Origin: a virus
Lineage: Duplodnaviria > Caudoviricetes
Reading direction: 5' to 3' (one strand)
IMG/VR virus record: IMGVR_UViG_3300025971_000014
Span: 1 to 55,132 of that record
DNA: 55,132 nt
Under the pieces are notes generated by a model. That model ran no database searches. It had not been told where the DNA came from and worked only from the letters and a program-made list of their open reading frames with translations. Each line of letters opens with the position of its first letter. Within the stretch, counting starts at the first letter, position 1. Positions 35,814-45,480 of this stretch are shown here, one piece after another. A program made the translations under genes and the position numbers.

Positions 35814-36725
35814 TCAGGCCAGCCTCAGGCGGTGTGCCGGTTGCCGCGGCAGGACGTCCCTCCGCACCCACCCAACGACCTCCTCGATCCCGGCCTCCAA
35901 GCCCATGGTGTCCGACCACCCCAGCTCGGCCCGGACCTTCCCGTCGTCCAATTGATACGCGAGGTCCTTGCCAGGGCGCTCTGGTGCCGCTTCCGCCACT
36001 TGAGAGAAAGTCACGCCCGCCCGATCACAGACCATCGCCACTAGATCGCAAATGGCCGTCTGGCGGGGCGTCGCCAAGTGGTAGGTCTCCCCCGTCCGTC
36101 CGGCCTCCAGCACCCGCCGGTAGCCCGCCACGGCATCCCGGATGTGAATGAACGACCGGGTGGAGACCCCGCCCCCCTCTAGGGGCAGTTTCTCGCCCTT
36201 GAGGGCGCAGAGGGCGGTCTTAGGGATGATGCGGTAGAGCTGCTGCCCAGGCCCGTAGACGTTCACCGTTCTGGTGAAAACGACCGGGAAGCCCTTGATG
36301 CGGTGCATTACCGCGAGGTGCATATCTCCCGCCGCCCGGCTGACGGCATAGGGCGTCGAGGGGTTGAACCGCGCCCCCTCCTTCAGGAACGTGCCCGTCG
36401 TCCCGTAGACTTCCGGCGTCGAGACCTGGAGGAAACACGCGAGTCCGGAGTCAGCGAGCTCCTCGACCAGCCGGGAGAGGCCGACCACGTTCGTCTGGTA
36501 GTAATCGACCGCCCGGTCCCACGACTCCGCGACGATGTTCAATGCGATGAAGTTGGCGACGTAATGATACCCCGCCTTGACGTAGCGCTTCGCGGCCGCC
36601 GGCAACCAGAAGTTGATGTCGTGCTTCGGGCGGCTCAAATCTGCGATCTCGTCGCCCTTGGACAGGCAATGCTCGATGAACGCCCGGCCCGAAAAGGAAG
36701 AACCGCCCAACACCAAGACCTTCAC
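35814..36725 (-). CDS. NDP-sugar dehydratase/epimerase (dTDP-glucose 4,6-dehydratase-like SDR)
   Basis: GGSSFSG, STPEVYG, PSTPYAVSR, NVYGPGQ, RSFIH. Confidence 0.9.
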   Translation of the reverse strand: MKVLVLGGSSFSGRAFIEHCLSKGDEIADLSRPKHDINFWLPAAAKRYVKAGYHYVANFIALNIVAESWDRAVDYYQTNVVGLSRLVEELADSGLACFLQVSTPEVYGTTGTFLKEGARFNPSTPYAVSRAAGDMHLAVMHRIKGFPVVFTRTVNVYGPGQQLYRIIPKTALCALKGEKLPLEGGGVSTRSFIHIRDAVAGYRRVLEAGRTGETYHLATPRQTAICDLVAMVCDRAGVTFSQVAEAAPERPGKDLAYQLDDGKVRAELGWSDTMGLEAGIEEVVGWVRRDVLPRQPAHRLRLA

Positions 36726-37669
36726 GCAGCAAGCCCCTGCGAGCGCATCCAGGAGAGGTTCGTAGACATCTGTCCAGGCTGCGATTCGCCTTGCTGAAGC
36801 GCGCGGGCGATCTCCCGAATCGCATCGCGAACGCTGTGCTTCGGCTTGAAACCAGTAGCTAGAAGCCGCGAAGAATCCACGGCGTAGGACCGTTTATCCT
36901 TGACTTGCGTGATCTCGATCTCGGCTTCGACCTCCTCAGCTATCATTTCAGCCGTCGCCTGGGTCGATAAATTCTCGAAGCCCGCATTCCAGATGCCGGT
37001 CAATTCCGGGCGCTCTATGAGAAAACAGTAGAGCGCGCAAATGTCTTGAATGTGAGTATTCGGGCGCATCAAGTTCCCACCATGCTCTCCGCAATGCGCA
37101 GTGATTTTGCGTTTGGTCACAGCCTGCATCGTCAGCATGTTGACCATAACGTCATACCTCATGCGCGGCGATAACCCGCAAATCGTCGCAGGCCGCACGA
37201 TCTGAACTCCCATCCTCGGAGCGTAAGAGAGCAGGATGCGCTCGGCGCACATCTTAGTTTTGTTATAGTCACTCACTGGTGCCAGCGTGTCTTCCTCGGT
37301 CACTTCCTTGTCGCCCTTCAATCCATAGACCGAGGCGGAGGATGCGAAGATGAATTGTTTCACGCCCGCCCGCGCGGCGGCGTCCGCGAGCCGCATCGTG
37401 GCAAGAACGTTCACTTCCCAGGTCAACTTCGCATCCAACTCTCCGCACGGATCGTTCGCGATGCCCGCGAGGTGGATCACCGCGTCGAAGTGCTTGCACG
37501 ATACGCCCTCGCGGATGTCCCGGTTAACGATGAGCAGGTTCTCGTGGTCCTCGAGGTTCTTCCCGAACCAGAGAGCATCTACAACAACCACGACGTGCCC
37601 CGCCTTGAGAAGCTTCGGCACCAAGACGGAACCACAATAGCCTGCTCCGCCCGTCACCAACACATTCAT
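36722..37669 (-). CDS. NAD-dependent NDP-sugar epimerase/reductase (extended SDR)
   Basis: GGAGYCG, HLAG, SSASVYG, YNKTK. Confidence 0.92.
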   Translation of the reverse strand: MNVLVTGGAGYCGSVLVPKLLKAGHVVVVVDALWFGKNLEDHENLLIVNRDIREGVSCKHFDAVIHLAGIANDPCGELDAKLTWEVNVLATMRLADAAARAGVKQFIFASSASVYGLKGDKEVTEEDTLAPVSDYNKTKMCAERILLSYAPRMGVQIVRPATICGLSPRMRYDVMVNMLTMQAVTKRKITAHCGEHGGNLMRPNTHIQDICALYCFLIERPELTGIWNAGFENLSTQATAEMIAEEVEAEIEITQVKDKRSYAVDSSRLLATGFKPKHSVRDAIREIARALQQGESQPGQMSTNLSWMRSQGLAA

Positions 37670-38058
37670 CTTGAAAGCCTCCTCACCATTTCAGCGGTTC
37701 CGAATCTCTGTGACTTAGTAAATCTTATCTCGGCGCCAACCTCATTGCAGGCTTCGATCGTCTGCAGCGGAAGCCGCCCCTCCCAATCCCCGCCCTTCAC
37801 GAACACGTTAGGCTTCTGCTCCCGTATCGCTTCCCAAGCGTTGCGCGAAGGAACGACCAGGTCGACGCACCGCAAGGCCCGCAGCATCAACGCCCGCTCG
37901 GCCCATTTCAGATAGGGGCGCTTCGGACCCTTGTGAACGAACTCATCGAGCGTCAGAGACACGATCAGATGTGAGCCAAATTCGGCCGCCTCCTCGAGAT
38001 GCGTGACATGACCAGGGTGAAGCGGGTCGTAGCAACCATTGGCGAGGACGATCTTCAC
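37666..38058 (-). CDS. Sugar-phosphate nucleotidyltransferase (HldE/RfaE domain II or TagD-like)
   Basis: NGCYDPLHPGH (HxGH), KGPKRP..ER, VKGGDW. Confidence 0.88.
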   Translation of the reverse strand: MKIVLANGCYDPLHPGHVTHLEEAAEFGSHLIVSLTLDEFVHKGPKRPYLKWAERALMLRALRCVDLVVPSRNAWEAIREQKPNVFVKGGDWEGRLPLQTIEACNEVGAEIRFTKSQRFGTAEMVRRLSR

Positions 38059-38747
38059 CCCATCCCGATCATCGAGTGAAGGATTTGAAGATGCGAACAT
38101 TCCACGATCCCGTAGTCCGCCGCCGGAACGTAGAAGTTGACGTCCCCGAGCTGTCGCAACCGATTGTTCGGATTCATGCCGGTGAGCGTGATAATCATCG
38201 CACAGCCGATTTCCCGCGCCTTCTGCGCCGCGCCGACGATATTCAGCGATCGTCCAGAGGACGATATCACAACCACGCCATCGTGCTCCGTCGCTTGATA
38301 TTCAAGCTGCTTTTCAAACACCCTATCGAATCCGAAATCATTCCCGAAACACGTCAGCGTGGCAAGATCATTCAATGCCAATGATCTGATATTCCCGTTT
38401 TTGGTCCAATCGACTGCCATATGTGATGCTATAGCCGCCGACCCCCCGTTCCCGATGAAGAAAAGCCTCCCACCGTCATCGTGGATCGCCCGGAACCGTT
38501 TCACCGTTTCTCCGAGAATCTGTTCTATGGTCTCTTCGGCGATCTCAGGGTCGCGATAATTCACTTGCACGACCTTCAATCGATCCCGTATGTCGTCGAA
38601 GAAGCCCTCGAACGTCCGCGACCGATCTTCCAGCACCGAACCTTTCCCCTCGTAGTAATAGGGACCGAGGCGCAAGTTCCTGGGAGGCGGGTTCGTGGTC
38701 GATGGCTTGATCCATGCCATGTTCTTACGGCGTCGTCTCACGGCCAT
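38055..38747 (-). CDS. SIS-domain sugar-phosphate isomerase, GmhA-like
   Basis: GNGGSAAIASH, ND.GF..VF..Q, ISSSGRSLNI, YGIVE..H. Confidence 0.88.
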   Translation of the reverse strand: MAVRRRRKNMAWIKPSTTNPPPRNLRLGPYYYEGKGSVLEDRSRTFEGFFDDIRDRLKVVQVNYRDPEIAEETIEQILGETVKRFRAIHDDGGRLFFIGNGGSAAIASHMAVDWTKNGNIRSLALNDLATLTCFGNDFGFDRVFEKQLEYQATEHDGVVVISSSGRSLNIVGAAQKAREIGCAMIITLTGMNPNNRLRQLGDVNFYVPAADYGIVECSHLQILHSMIGMG

Positions 38748-39385
38748 GAAAGTATGAAGTCCCCGCCGATCTCCTGCCGCAACACCGCCCCGATACCGCG
38801 CAGCAGATCGACCGCGGGAGTCCCGGAGGTTCCGTAATTCGCGGCCATCTTGTGCTGCTTCTGCTCAACGATGACGCACGGGCGGCAGCGTTCAAGAGTC
38901 TCAAGTCCACCTCGCAGCACGGCTTGCTCACCGCCTTCGCAATCGATCTTGATGAAGTCTACGTTCTCCAAGCAGAAGGAATCGAGCGTCTTCATCGCGT
39001 ATCCGGTTCCGGGTATTGCATGGGTGTTCCCGCTATCTTCGGGTCGATAGTCCATCGCAGCGGTTCCTGCCTCCGCCCCGAGCACGACGGGATGAATGGC
39101 GAAATTGTTGCTCCACTTCAGGTTCTCCAGTGCGCAGGCGCTGAACTCTAACATCGGCTCGAAGCAGTAGACGAACTCGAACCATTTCACCATCCGCATC
39201 GTCCACAGCCCGACATGAGAGCCGACGTCGACGGCGTTGCGCCAATTCCTGATCCAGGGCAGGCAAGCGCGCCATTTCTTGAGCTGGTAGGTGCCTTTCC
39301 CATCGACGAGTTCACCGTTCTTGTCCATCCACTGTGGGAAGTGCTTCTCGCCGTCCGGGAGCCAGATGCCTTGATGTTCAAACAT
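38738..39385 (-). CDS. FkbM-family SAM methyltransferase
   Basis: VDVGSHVG, FEP, TLDS, DFIKIDCEGGE..VLRG. Confidence 0.9.
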   Translation of the reverse strand: MFEHQGIWLPDGEKHFPQWMDKNGELVDGKGTYQLKKWRACLPWIRNWRNAVDVGSHVGLWTMRMVKWFEFVYCFEPMLEFSACALENLKWSNNFAIHPVVLGAEAGTAAMDYRPEDSGNTHAIPGTGYAMKTLDSFCLENVDFIKIDCEGGEQAVLRGGLETLERCRPCVIVEQKQHKMAANYGTSGTPAVDLLRGIGAVLRQEIGGDFILSWP

Positions 39386-39580
39386 TACCAATCCCAGTCT
39401 CTGGGATGAACACCTTTTTGGATTAGCCAGAGAATTATCAGGCCATATAGCACTACGCACAGGAAAATGATCAAGCCGCTCACCACTTCACCTTCGGCGG
39501 CAGGTGCGCGTATTGCCGGTCAATCAACTCCTGGCGCTCGACTTGGCGCGGGATAACCTCGTGGGCGAAGGGCCAAGGCT

Positions 39581-40753
39581 TCACGCGGCGGCCTTTCGAT
39601 CCTTCGGCAGCATCGTGATGTCTCCTATCCCGCGCCACTCGTTCTCCAGCCCTTCCTTGCTCGGCTTTCCGAGTATTTTTGCGACGCACGCGAACGCCTC
39701 CGTTATGACCTGTTCAATCGTCGAGTACCGATACAAGCCCAAGCGCCCAATGGAATGGACGTTCGGTGGCAGCGATGCGAGGTAGCGCCCGACTACATCC
39801 ATGTTCGCCTTCGTCAAATATGGGTAGAGCTGGTTCGCCTTGCTCGGCTTCTCTAATACCAAGAGCGTCGACTCGCTCTCGTGATAGGTCAGCTTCTTGA
39901 ACTCGGTCACCCGCGTCCATTCATCGCGCGGCGATGCGTAGTGGCAGAACCGCACGTCGCCCGGGAACACCTGCTTGCACGGCAGGACGAGAAGATGAAA
40001 GTCGCGCCCGGAATAGGGAAGCGTTCCGGCTTCGCCCACGAATTCGTCAATTGGAATCGTGCTCACCACGACGTCTACTCCAACAAACTCAAGATCCGGC
40101 GTGGCCTGCGCTCGCTCATTGAGAATGACATCGACGCCCTCGAGCATCGCTCGGTGATAACCGTTGTAGCCATCCGGCGCGATCGGGAACCCGATGAAGC
40201 TTCCCTTGTAGGCCTCACGCGAGCCAGTCTCGATTGGACGGTCCTTCGCGCTCCACTTGAAGATGTCGAAGATGCGGTTGTCGTCGATCATCCACATCTT
40301 CTTCGAGTAGTGGTCAACGAACATGTCGTAGATCGTCGGACCGACTTTCTGCTTCCAGTATTCCTCGAAGTCGCCAGGCTCTTTCGAGTTGTCCCGCGCC
40401 GCTAACTCCGCCTTGATCCGCTCGGCTTGCGGGTAGTGCGGTATATCGAGCTCATGCGGCGGGTAGGTCCAGAATCGACGGTCCTCGTCAACCTGTTCAT
40501 GTGCCAGCGTCCGCAACTCGAACGGGAAGCGGCGGATCGGCGTCACCGCGTTTACCCAATCGAAGACCTTCTGCGAGTAGCCGTAGTAAACCTTCGGTCC
40601 TAGCTGGTAAGGATGCCCCGCGTGGAAGAACGTCCGCGTGCTGCCGCCGACCCACGGCTCCTTCTCGATCACCGTCACGTCCCACCCCTCGCGCTTGAGG
40701 AGGTGAGCGGCAGTGCAGCCCGCGATGCCGGCACCGAGGATCAGGGCTTTCAC
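39581..40753 (-). CDS. glf: NDP-sugar pyranose mutase (UDP-galactopyranose mutase family)
   Basis: GAGIAG FAD motif, Y.KKMW, TRVTEFK, YPY, GRLGLYRY. Confidence 0.85.
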   Translation of the reverse strand: MKALILGAGIAGCTAAHLLKREGWDVTVIEKEPWVGGSTRTFFHAGHPYQLGPKVYYGYSQKVFDWVNAVTPIRRFPFELRTLAHEQVDEDRRFWTYPPHELDIPHYPQAERIKAELAARDNSKEPGDFEEYWKQKVGPTIYDMFVDHYSKKMWMIDDNRIFDIFKWSAKDRPIETGSREAYKGSFIGFPIAPDGYNGYHRAMLEGVDVILNERAQATPDLEFVGVDVVVSTIPIDEFVGEAGTLPYSGRDFHLLVLPCKQVFPGDVRFCHYASPRDEWTRVTEFKKLTYHESESTLLVLEKPSKANQLYPYLTKANMDVVGRYLASLPPNVHSIGRLGLYRYSTIEQVITEAFACVAKILGKPSKEGLENEWRGIGDITMLPKDRKAAA

Positions 40754-40858
40754 AAAGGGGCGATCAGTATGATTACAATCTCAACTATGGTTGAGATAAT
40801 CATCATGATCCATAATCCGACCGTAAAATGAAGTTCTTTCATTGATGATTCGACGCCA

Positions 40859-41944
40859 TTAACGGTAACAACCTTTGCACACCTGCGGTATCGCCCCGTC
40901 GATGTGGGCCTGTCGGAACGCCTCGTATTCCGCACCTTTCCAGAGATCGCTGAAACCTTTGCCGCTCCCGCGTCCGATCTCGAACGCGTCGGGATTTGCG
41001 ATCATGCAGCAAGGCACCGTCCGCGAATCCGACGTCACCACTGCTCTTTCGAACGGCCACGGGCAGCGATGCTCCAGCGTGTCGGTGTCGAACTTCTCGT
41101 TCACCCGCCAGAACGATACGCGCACGTTCGCTCGCGCGCCCTGCTCGACGAGCTTCAGCAACTGCGCGTCGGATAATCGGTCGTCCACCGTCACGGTCTT
41201 GTTCCGCGCCTCCAGCTCCGGGTCGGCCCAGCCGTGGAGGTTGAGCGAAAAGACCAAGTGCTTGAACCCGAGGTCCTCGGCCAGCGCGACGTGCTCGTCC
41301 AGCCTGCGGTAATTCGTCTCCTGCACCAGCGTCCACATCTTCGTGCGCGTGAGGTTCCTAGAACGTAGGTGATCGTTCAGGAGCTTGCAGTTCTTCGTCA
41401 CCATCTCGAACACGCCGCCAACCCGAATATCCTCAAAGGTCTTCTTGTCCGCGCCGTCAATCGAGATGTCGATCTCGTTCACTCCGGAGTCCACGAGCTT
41501 GCGGTAGTTGTTCTTGACGTGGAGGAGCGATGCGTTCGTCGTCATTCTTACCCAGATTCGCTTCGAGCGGGCATACCGGATCATCTCGAAGTAATCGTCG
41601 CCTTGCATCAACGCCTCGCCGAGGCCGTTGAGCTTGATCTCCACTAGCCCGTATTGCTCGTCGATCAGCGCCTTGAACTCCGCGAGCGTCATGTCCCGGC
41701 CCCGCTTGCGGTGCGGCCACTTCGAGACGGCGCACATGGTGCAGGCGAAGTTGCAGCGCGACACGTTCTCGATGTCAAGCTTCACCGGGAGGTAATCCAC
41801 CTTCGCCGACCGCCTGGCCGAAGCTCGGTATCGGTCCCAATTCTCCCGCTTGCGCGCGTCCAGAGACAGGCAGGCCGCGCGCTCCCAATCATATTCCTCG
41901 ACGCCTGCCGAAGGCTCAGGCGTGGGGAGCGGGGTCGCGCTCAA
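40859..41944 (-). CDS. Radical SAM protein with SPASM/twitch domain
   Basis: CNFACTMC, GLGE, TTN, SIDG; CPWPF..PCC..CKGC. Confidence 0.92.
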   Translation of the reverse strand: MSATPLPTPEPSAGVEEYDWERAACLSLDARKRENWDRYRASARRSAKVDYLPVKLDIENVSRCNFACTMCAVSKWPHRKRGRDMTLAEFKALIDEQYGLVEIKLNGLGEALMQGDDYFEMIRYARSKRIWVRMTTNASLLHVKNNYRKLVDSGVNEIDISIDGADKKTFEDIRVGGVFEMVTKNCKLLNDHLRSRNLTRTKMWTLVQETNYRRLDEHVALAEDLGFKHLVFSLNLHGWADPELEARNKTVTVDDRLSDAQLLKLVEQGARANVRVSFWRVNEKFDTDTLEHRCPWPFERAVVTSDSRTVPCCMIANPDAFEIGRGSGKGFSDLWKGAEYEAFRQAHIDGAIPQVCKGCYR

Positions 41945-42674
41945 GGAATTTACCAGTTCGCCTCCAGTGGTAGAAATGATCCCTCAACGCCCGCGGCGTC
42001 GCCTCCTCCCATATCGCGCGCTGGTTCTCGAGCATCCACGGATATTGCTCGCCGTAGCCGATGCCGTCCGATTTGAGGCTTCCCGCCGCGTGATGGGTGT
42101 TGAACATCATGCACGGGTACTCGCTCATCGAGCAGAGGATGCCGGGGCCGTTCGAGACGAAGAAGTTCATCTCCGCACCGGCGTAGAGCGCCATGCGCTC
42201 GTGGAGGTGGATCGGCTCCACGTCGTAGTCCGGGATCACCCGCGCGCCGATTTCCCCCGCGAACGTCCGCCAAACCGCCTCGTCGGAGTCCCTCAGCGGC
42301 GAGCGCTGCGTCTTGCGCAGCGTCACGGTGTAACGCTCTTTCCCTGGAGGCAGCACGCTCCGAAACCTCTTGAAGCGCCGCCCGGATCTCCAGAAGTCTA
42401 CGAGCGGCTTCCCTCCGGGCGTAGCGATGTCGTGCGCGTTCGTCGGCGCATCGCCCGCATCGAACGTCTCATGCGGCAACCCAATCAGCGCCGGCATCGG
42501 CTCGCAGATCGAACGGAACCTACGCATCGAAATGTCGTGAGGCCATTTGTTACCGCGCATCCTCCGGATGTCGAACACGACGACCGTCGCTCCCGCCGCC
42601 TCGGCCTGTGCGATCCACTCGCACACGTTGAATGAAGTGAGATAACTGCCGAGGTCGTAGAGCGCGCGCATCAA
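41916..42674 (-). CDS. Putative glycosyltransferase-like protein (paralogue of 44009-44920)
   Basis: Shared A.YDL..SF, VT.R..P.R.SD..W, R.A.Y..A..N..SNG..LC, G..PW..Q motifs. Confidence 0.55.
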   Translation of the reverse strand: MMRALYDLGSYLTSFNVCEWIAQAEAAGATVVVFDIRRMRGNKWPHDISMRRFRSICEPMPALIGLPHETFDAGDAPTNAHDIATPGGKPLVDFWRSGRRFKRFRSVLPPGKERYTVTLRKTQRSPLRDSDEAVWRTFAGEIGARVIPDYDVEPIHLHERMALYAGAEMNFFVSNGPGILCSMSEYPCMMFNTHHAAGSLKSDGIGYGEQYPWMLENQRAIWEEATPRALRDHFYHWRRTGKFLERDPAPHA

Positions 42675-43282
42675 TCAACGGCCAGCGCAACCAAGTAATG
42701 CGTCATCGCGTCGAACCCCGTATGCAGCGTCTCATCGTTCATACCGAGCACGAATACGTGCTTCCAGAACTTCCCGAGCCGCTCGCGCAGCTGCGCCTTC
42801 GTCACGCAGTTAACGTGCCCCGCCTTGCTGATGTCGGAGGCGTATTGCTGGCTCTCCAGAGACGGGGTCCCGATCACCGCGACGTTGGAGCAAATCCTCA
42901 GGTGCCGCAGCAGGCGCTCCTCGTCGGCGATGTGCTCGAAAAAGTCGAGCGCATAGACCGCGTCGAACCCGTGGAGCGGCTTCGCCATGATGTCGTGCTC
43001 GATGAAGTCGATCGGCCAGTGCTCTGACATCAGCCGCTTCGCCTCGATGATCGACGCACGGTCGATGTCTATCCCAACCAACCTCTTGACGTGTTGCCGC
43101 ACGATGCGGGCGCCCATCCCGTCCGCGCAACCGACCTCGAGCACACGCTCGCGGCCTTCGAGTAGTTTAGCCACGACCTTGTAGCGAGCGAACTGAAAGA
43201 GAATGCGCTTGGGGTCGCGTTGCCACCCGAAATTTGTCATGCCACCGACCCTGTGACACTCTGCGTAGATGCTATCGACCAT
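42671..43282 (-). CDS. Class I SAM methyltransferase
   Basis: VLEVGCADG, GIDID, FDAV..LD..EHI. Confidence 0.9.
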   Translation of the reverse strand: MVDSIYAECHRVGGMTNFGWQRDPKRILFQFARYKVVAKLLEGRERVLEVGCADGMGARIVRQHVKRLVGIDIDRASIIEAKRLMSEHWPIDFIEHDIMAKPLHGFDAVYALDFFEHIADEERLLRHLRICSNVAVIGTPSLESQQYASDISKAGHVNCVTKAQLRERLGKFWKHVFVLGMNDETLHTGFDAMTHYLVALAVD

Positions 43283-44039
43283 CGAGTAATTTTAACGCTT
43301 TCTCGAACACGGCTTCAGGTTTTATCGCCGCCATCGCCGCCTCGCAATGCGAACACTTCACTCTCATGCCGCAGCCCAGATCATCGTCGACGAAGAAATC
43401 CGCCTGGCCATCATAACCGGTCACGCGCTGCGAGATGTATCCGCCACGAATCACCACTGCCGGCGTCCCGACCGCCGCGGCGATGTGGTGCAGCGCGCCC
43501 TCAGGAACTATCACCAACTTGGCATTGGCGATCACCGCCGCGGCCTGTCGGATGGAGGTCCGGATGTGATCAGTACCCACCAATTGCTGCGCAGTATCGA
43601 CACCGACCGTGGCGATCTTGACGCCTGCCGCGAGGAACATCTGCGCCAGGTCGTTCCAGCGCCGTCGCTCCCATTGCTTGTTGATGCTCGCGCCGCGCTT
43701 CAAATTAGGCTCGAGGATGACGTAACCCGCGTGCAACTTTCCGAACGCCTCCTCCCACGGCTGGAAATAGAGCTCCCCGACGGGCGGCCGATACGGCTTC
43801 CATTCCCATCGTTCAGCGGTCTTGCTCGCACAATACGGGCGCAGCCCGTGTTCGCGCGGGCACCATTCGTGAAGGTCACCCTGCTCGCTCGGAATCGCGA
43901 TGCGCGGATTGTTCGCCCAGGCGTCATACCATCGCGGGCCGCGTTCGTAGACGATCTTGACCTTGCGCGGGTCGGTGCGCTGCATCTCGCGCACCTGACC
44001 AGATACCATTAGTTCATCGCCCCAGCCGATGCGCGCCAC
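43272..44039 (-). CDS. GT9-like (heptosyltransferase-type) glycosyltransferase
   Basis: GWGDELM, NKQW..W, AAVIANA..EGALHHIAAAVGTPAVVI.GG, C-terminal C..C..C..M..I.PE.V. Confidence 0.85.
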   Translation of the reverse strand: MARIGWGDELMVSGQVREMQRTDPRKVKIVYERGPRWYDAWANNPRIAIPSEQGDLHEWCPREHGLRPYCASKTAERWEWKPYRPPVGELYFQPWEEAFGKLHAGYVILEPNLKRGASINKQWERRRWNDLAQMFLAAGVKIATVGVDTAQQLVGTDHIRTSIRQAAAVIANAKLVIVPEGALHHIAAAVGTPAVVIRGGYISQRVTGYDGQADFFVDDDLGCGMRVKCSHCEAAMAAIKPEAVFEKALKLLDGR

Positions 44040-44920
44040 TCCTCGAACTCGTTGATGATCTGCTCAGCGGTCGTTTCGCCGTAGACGATTTTCTGATCTG
44101 GCCGCGCCCAGGGCCAGGTATCGCCAAGCTTGAGTCCTTGCTTGACGAAGAGACCATCCCATTCCTCCGCAGGAACGCCGGCTCCGAACATCCGGTATGC
44201 CCTAGAGGAGAACCAACAGAGGGAGGCGGCGCCATTATTACTCTGGATGTTCAAAACGGCCTCTTGATAAGTCGCGCAGCGCAAATCGAGGTTGAGTTCT
44301 CCGTAGCCCCTGCCGTTCCTCAGCGCGGTCAGGGTGTCCTCAAGTTGGACCACGGCGTAGCCCTTCGAGACGATATGCTGCCGCGCGGCGCCCCATGCCT
44401 TCGGATCAGAATTTCTCTCAGGGAGATAGGTCCTGCGGTGCGTCATCGTCACCACAGGAAGTCCTGCCATCTGAGAGTTGAACCATTCCTGCACCGATCT
44501 TCTGGCGTGGAAGCTTGCATGAACGTGAGGAACTTGTTCCCCCGCTTTAGAAGCTGAGATCACGCCACCGATAAGATGTTGTCGGTTGCCTAGGCTCTGG
44601 GATTTCCAGTCCTCGGGCCAGTTCTTCCACGACTTCTCGGAAGCGAGTCGCTCGGCGTAGAGCATGTCCGGCAGCAGGCTCACCGTCGCGTCGAAAAGAT
44701 GTGCCGCCGGCAGAACGATGTTGTGCAATCGCCACCGCGCCTCATGCTCGTCGTATTGCGGCTTCTTCCGTGGCTCACCGACGATCGATACGTGCATGCG
44801 CGAGGCGTTAATCCTCCTCTGCGCCATTTTCGCCTTCGCCATGAAGACAACAGCATCGTAACTCACCGGACAGACCGAGAGATCGAGGAAGGCGTTCAGG
44901 GTGGTGATTTTCGCCTCCAA
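44009..44920 (-). CDS. Putative glycosyltransferase-like protein
   Basis: Paralogue of 41916-42674; RNSD and N..SNNG GT-B-like C-terminal lobe; start approximate. Confidence 0.55.
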   Translation of the reverse strand: MEAKITTLNAFLDLSVCPVSYDAVVFMAKAKMAQRRINASRMHVSIVGEPRKKPQYDEHEARWRLHNIVLPAAHLFDATVSLLPDMLYAERLASEKSWKNWPEDWKSQSLGNRQHLIGGVISASKAGEQVPHVHASFHARRSVQEWFNSQMAGLPVVTMTHRRTYLPERNSDPKAWGAARQHIVSKGYAVVQLEDTLTALRNGRGYGELNLDLRCATYQEAVLNIQSNNGAASLCWFSSRAYRMFGAGVPAEEWDGLFVKQGLKLGDTWPWARPDQKIVYGETTAEQIINEFEEWRASAGAMN

Positions 44921-45480
44921 TACTCCACCGCCTCGCCCCGCTGACCCTCTGCTTTTTTCTCGAATGCGAAGCCATGCTCTGCCATCACCGTTGGGACATG
45001 GCATTTTCGTCCGCTATGCTTCGCGGCGAACCAACCGTCCCAGTTCTTCGCTGGGGCGCGGAAACAGACGAGGTCCCGTGCCGAGCGGCAGGAGAACCGC
45101 ATCACTGTCCGTGGCTCCCGGACCTTATGAGCTATCCCGAGGCAGAGCACTATATCGAAAAGGTCCGGCGGCTCATGCGACGCAATCCAGTTATCCATGT
45201 GCGCGCACTCGAACCGCATCGGCGGCATCTGGTCCTTACATGCTTTCCTAGCGACCATGAGATGCGATTCCAGTAGCTCGATGCCAAGGACATCCACGGC
45301 ACCCGCGCGCGCGAACTCGCGACCTATGAGGCCCTCGGCGCATCCGAGGTCGATGATCGTCTTCCCCTTGCATTCCGCAACGGCCTGCTCCAATCCCGCC
45401 ATCTGCTCTTCAAGTGTGCGATCCGCGCGGTCCCTGATTCCGGGAACGGCGATCCAGCCCTTGTCGGCGTTAGCGACCAT
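44896..45480 (-). CDS. Class I SAM methyltransferase
   Basis: IIDLGCAEG, GIE, FDIVLCL..H. Confidence 0.88.
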   Translation of the reverse strand: MVANADKGWIAVPGIRDRADRTLEEQMAGLEQAVAECKGKTIIDLGCAEGLIGREFARAGAVDVLGIELLESHLMVARKACKDQMPPMRFECAHMDNWIASHEPPDLFDIVLCLGIAHKVREPRTVMRFSCRSARDLVCFRAPAKNWDGWFAAKHSGRKCHVPTVMAEHGFAFEKKAEGQRGEAVEYWRRKSPP

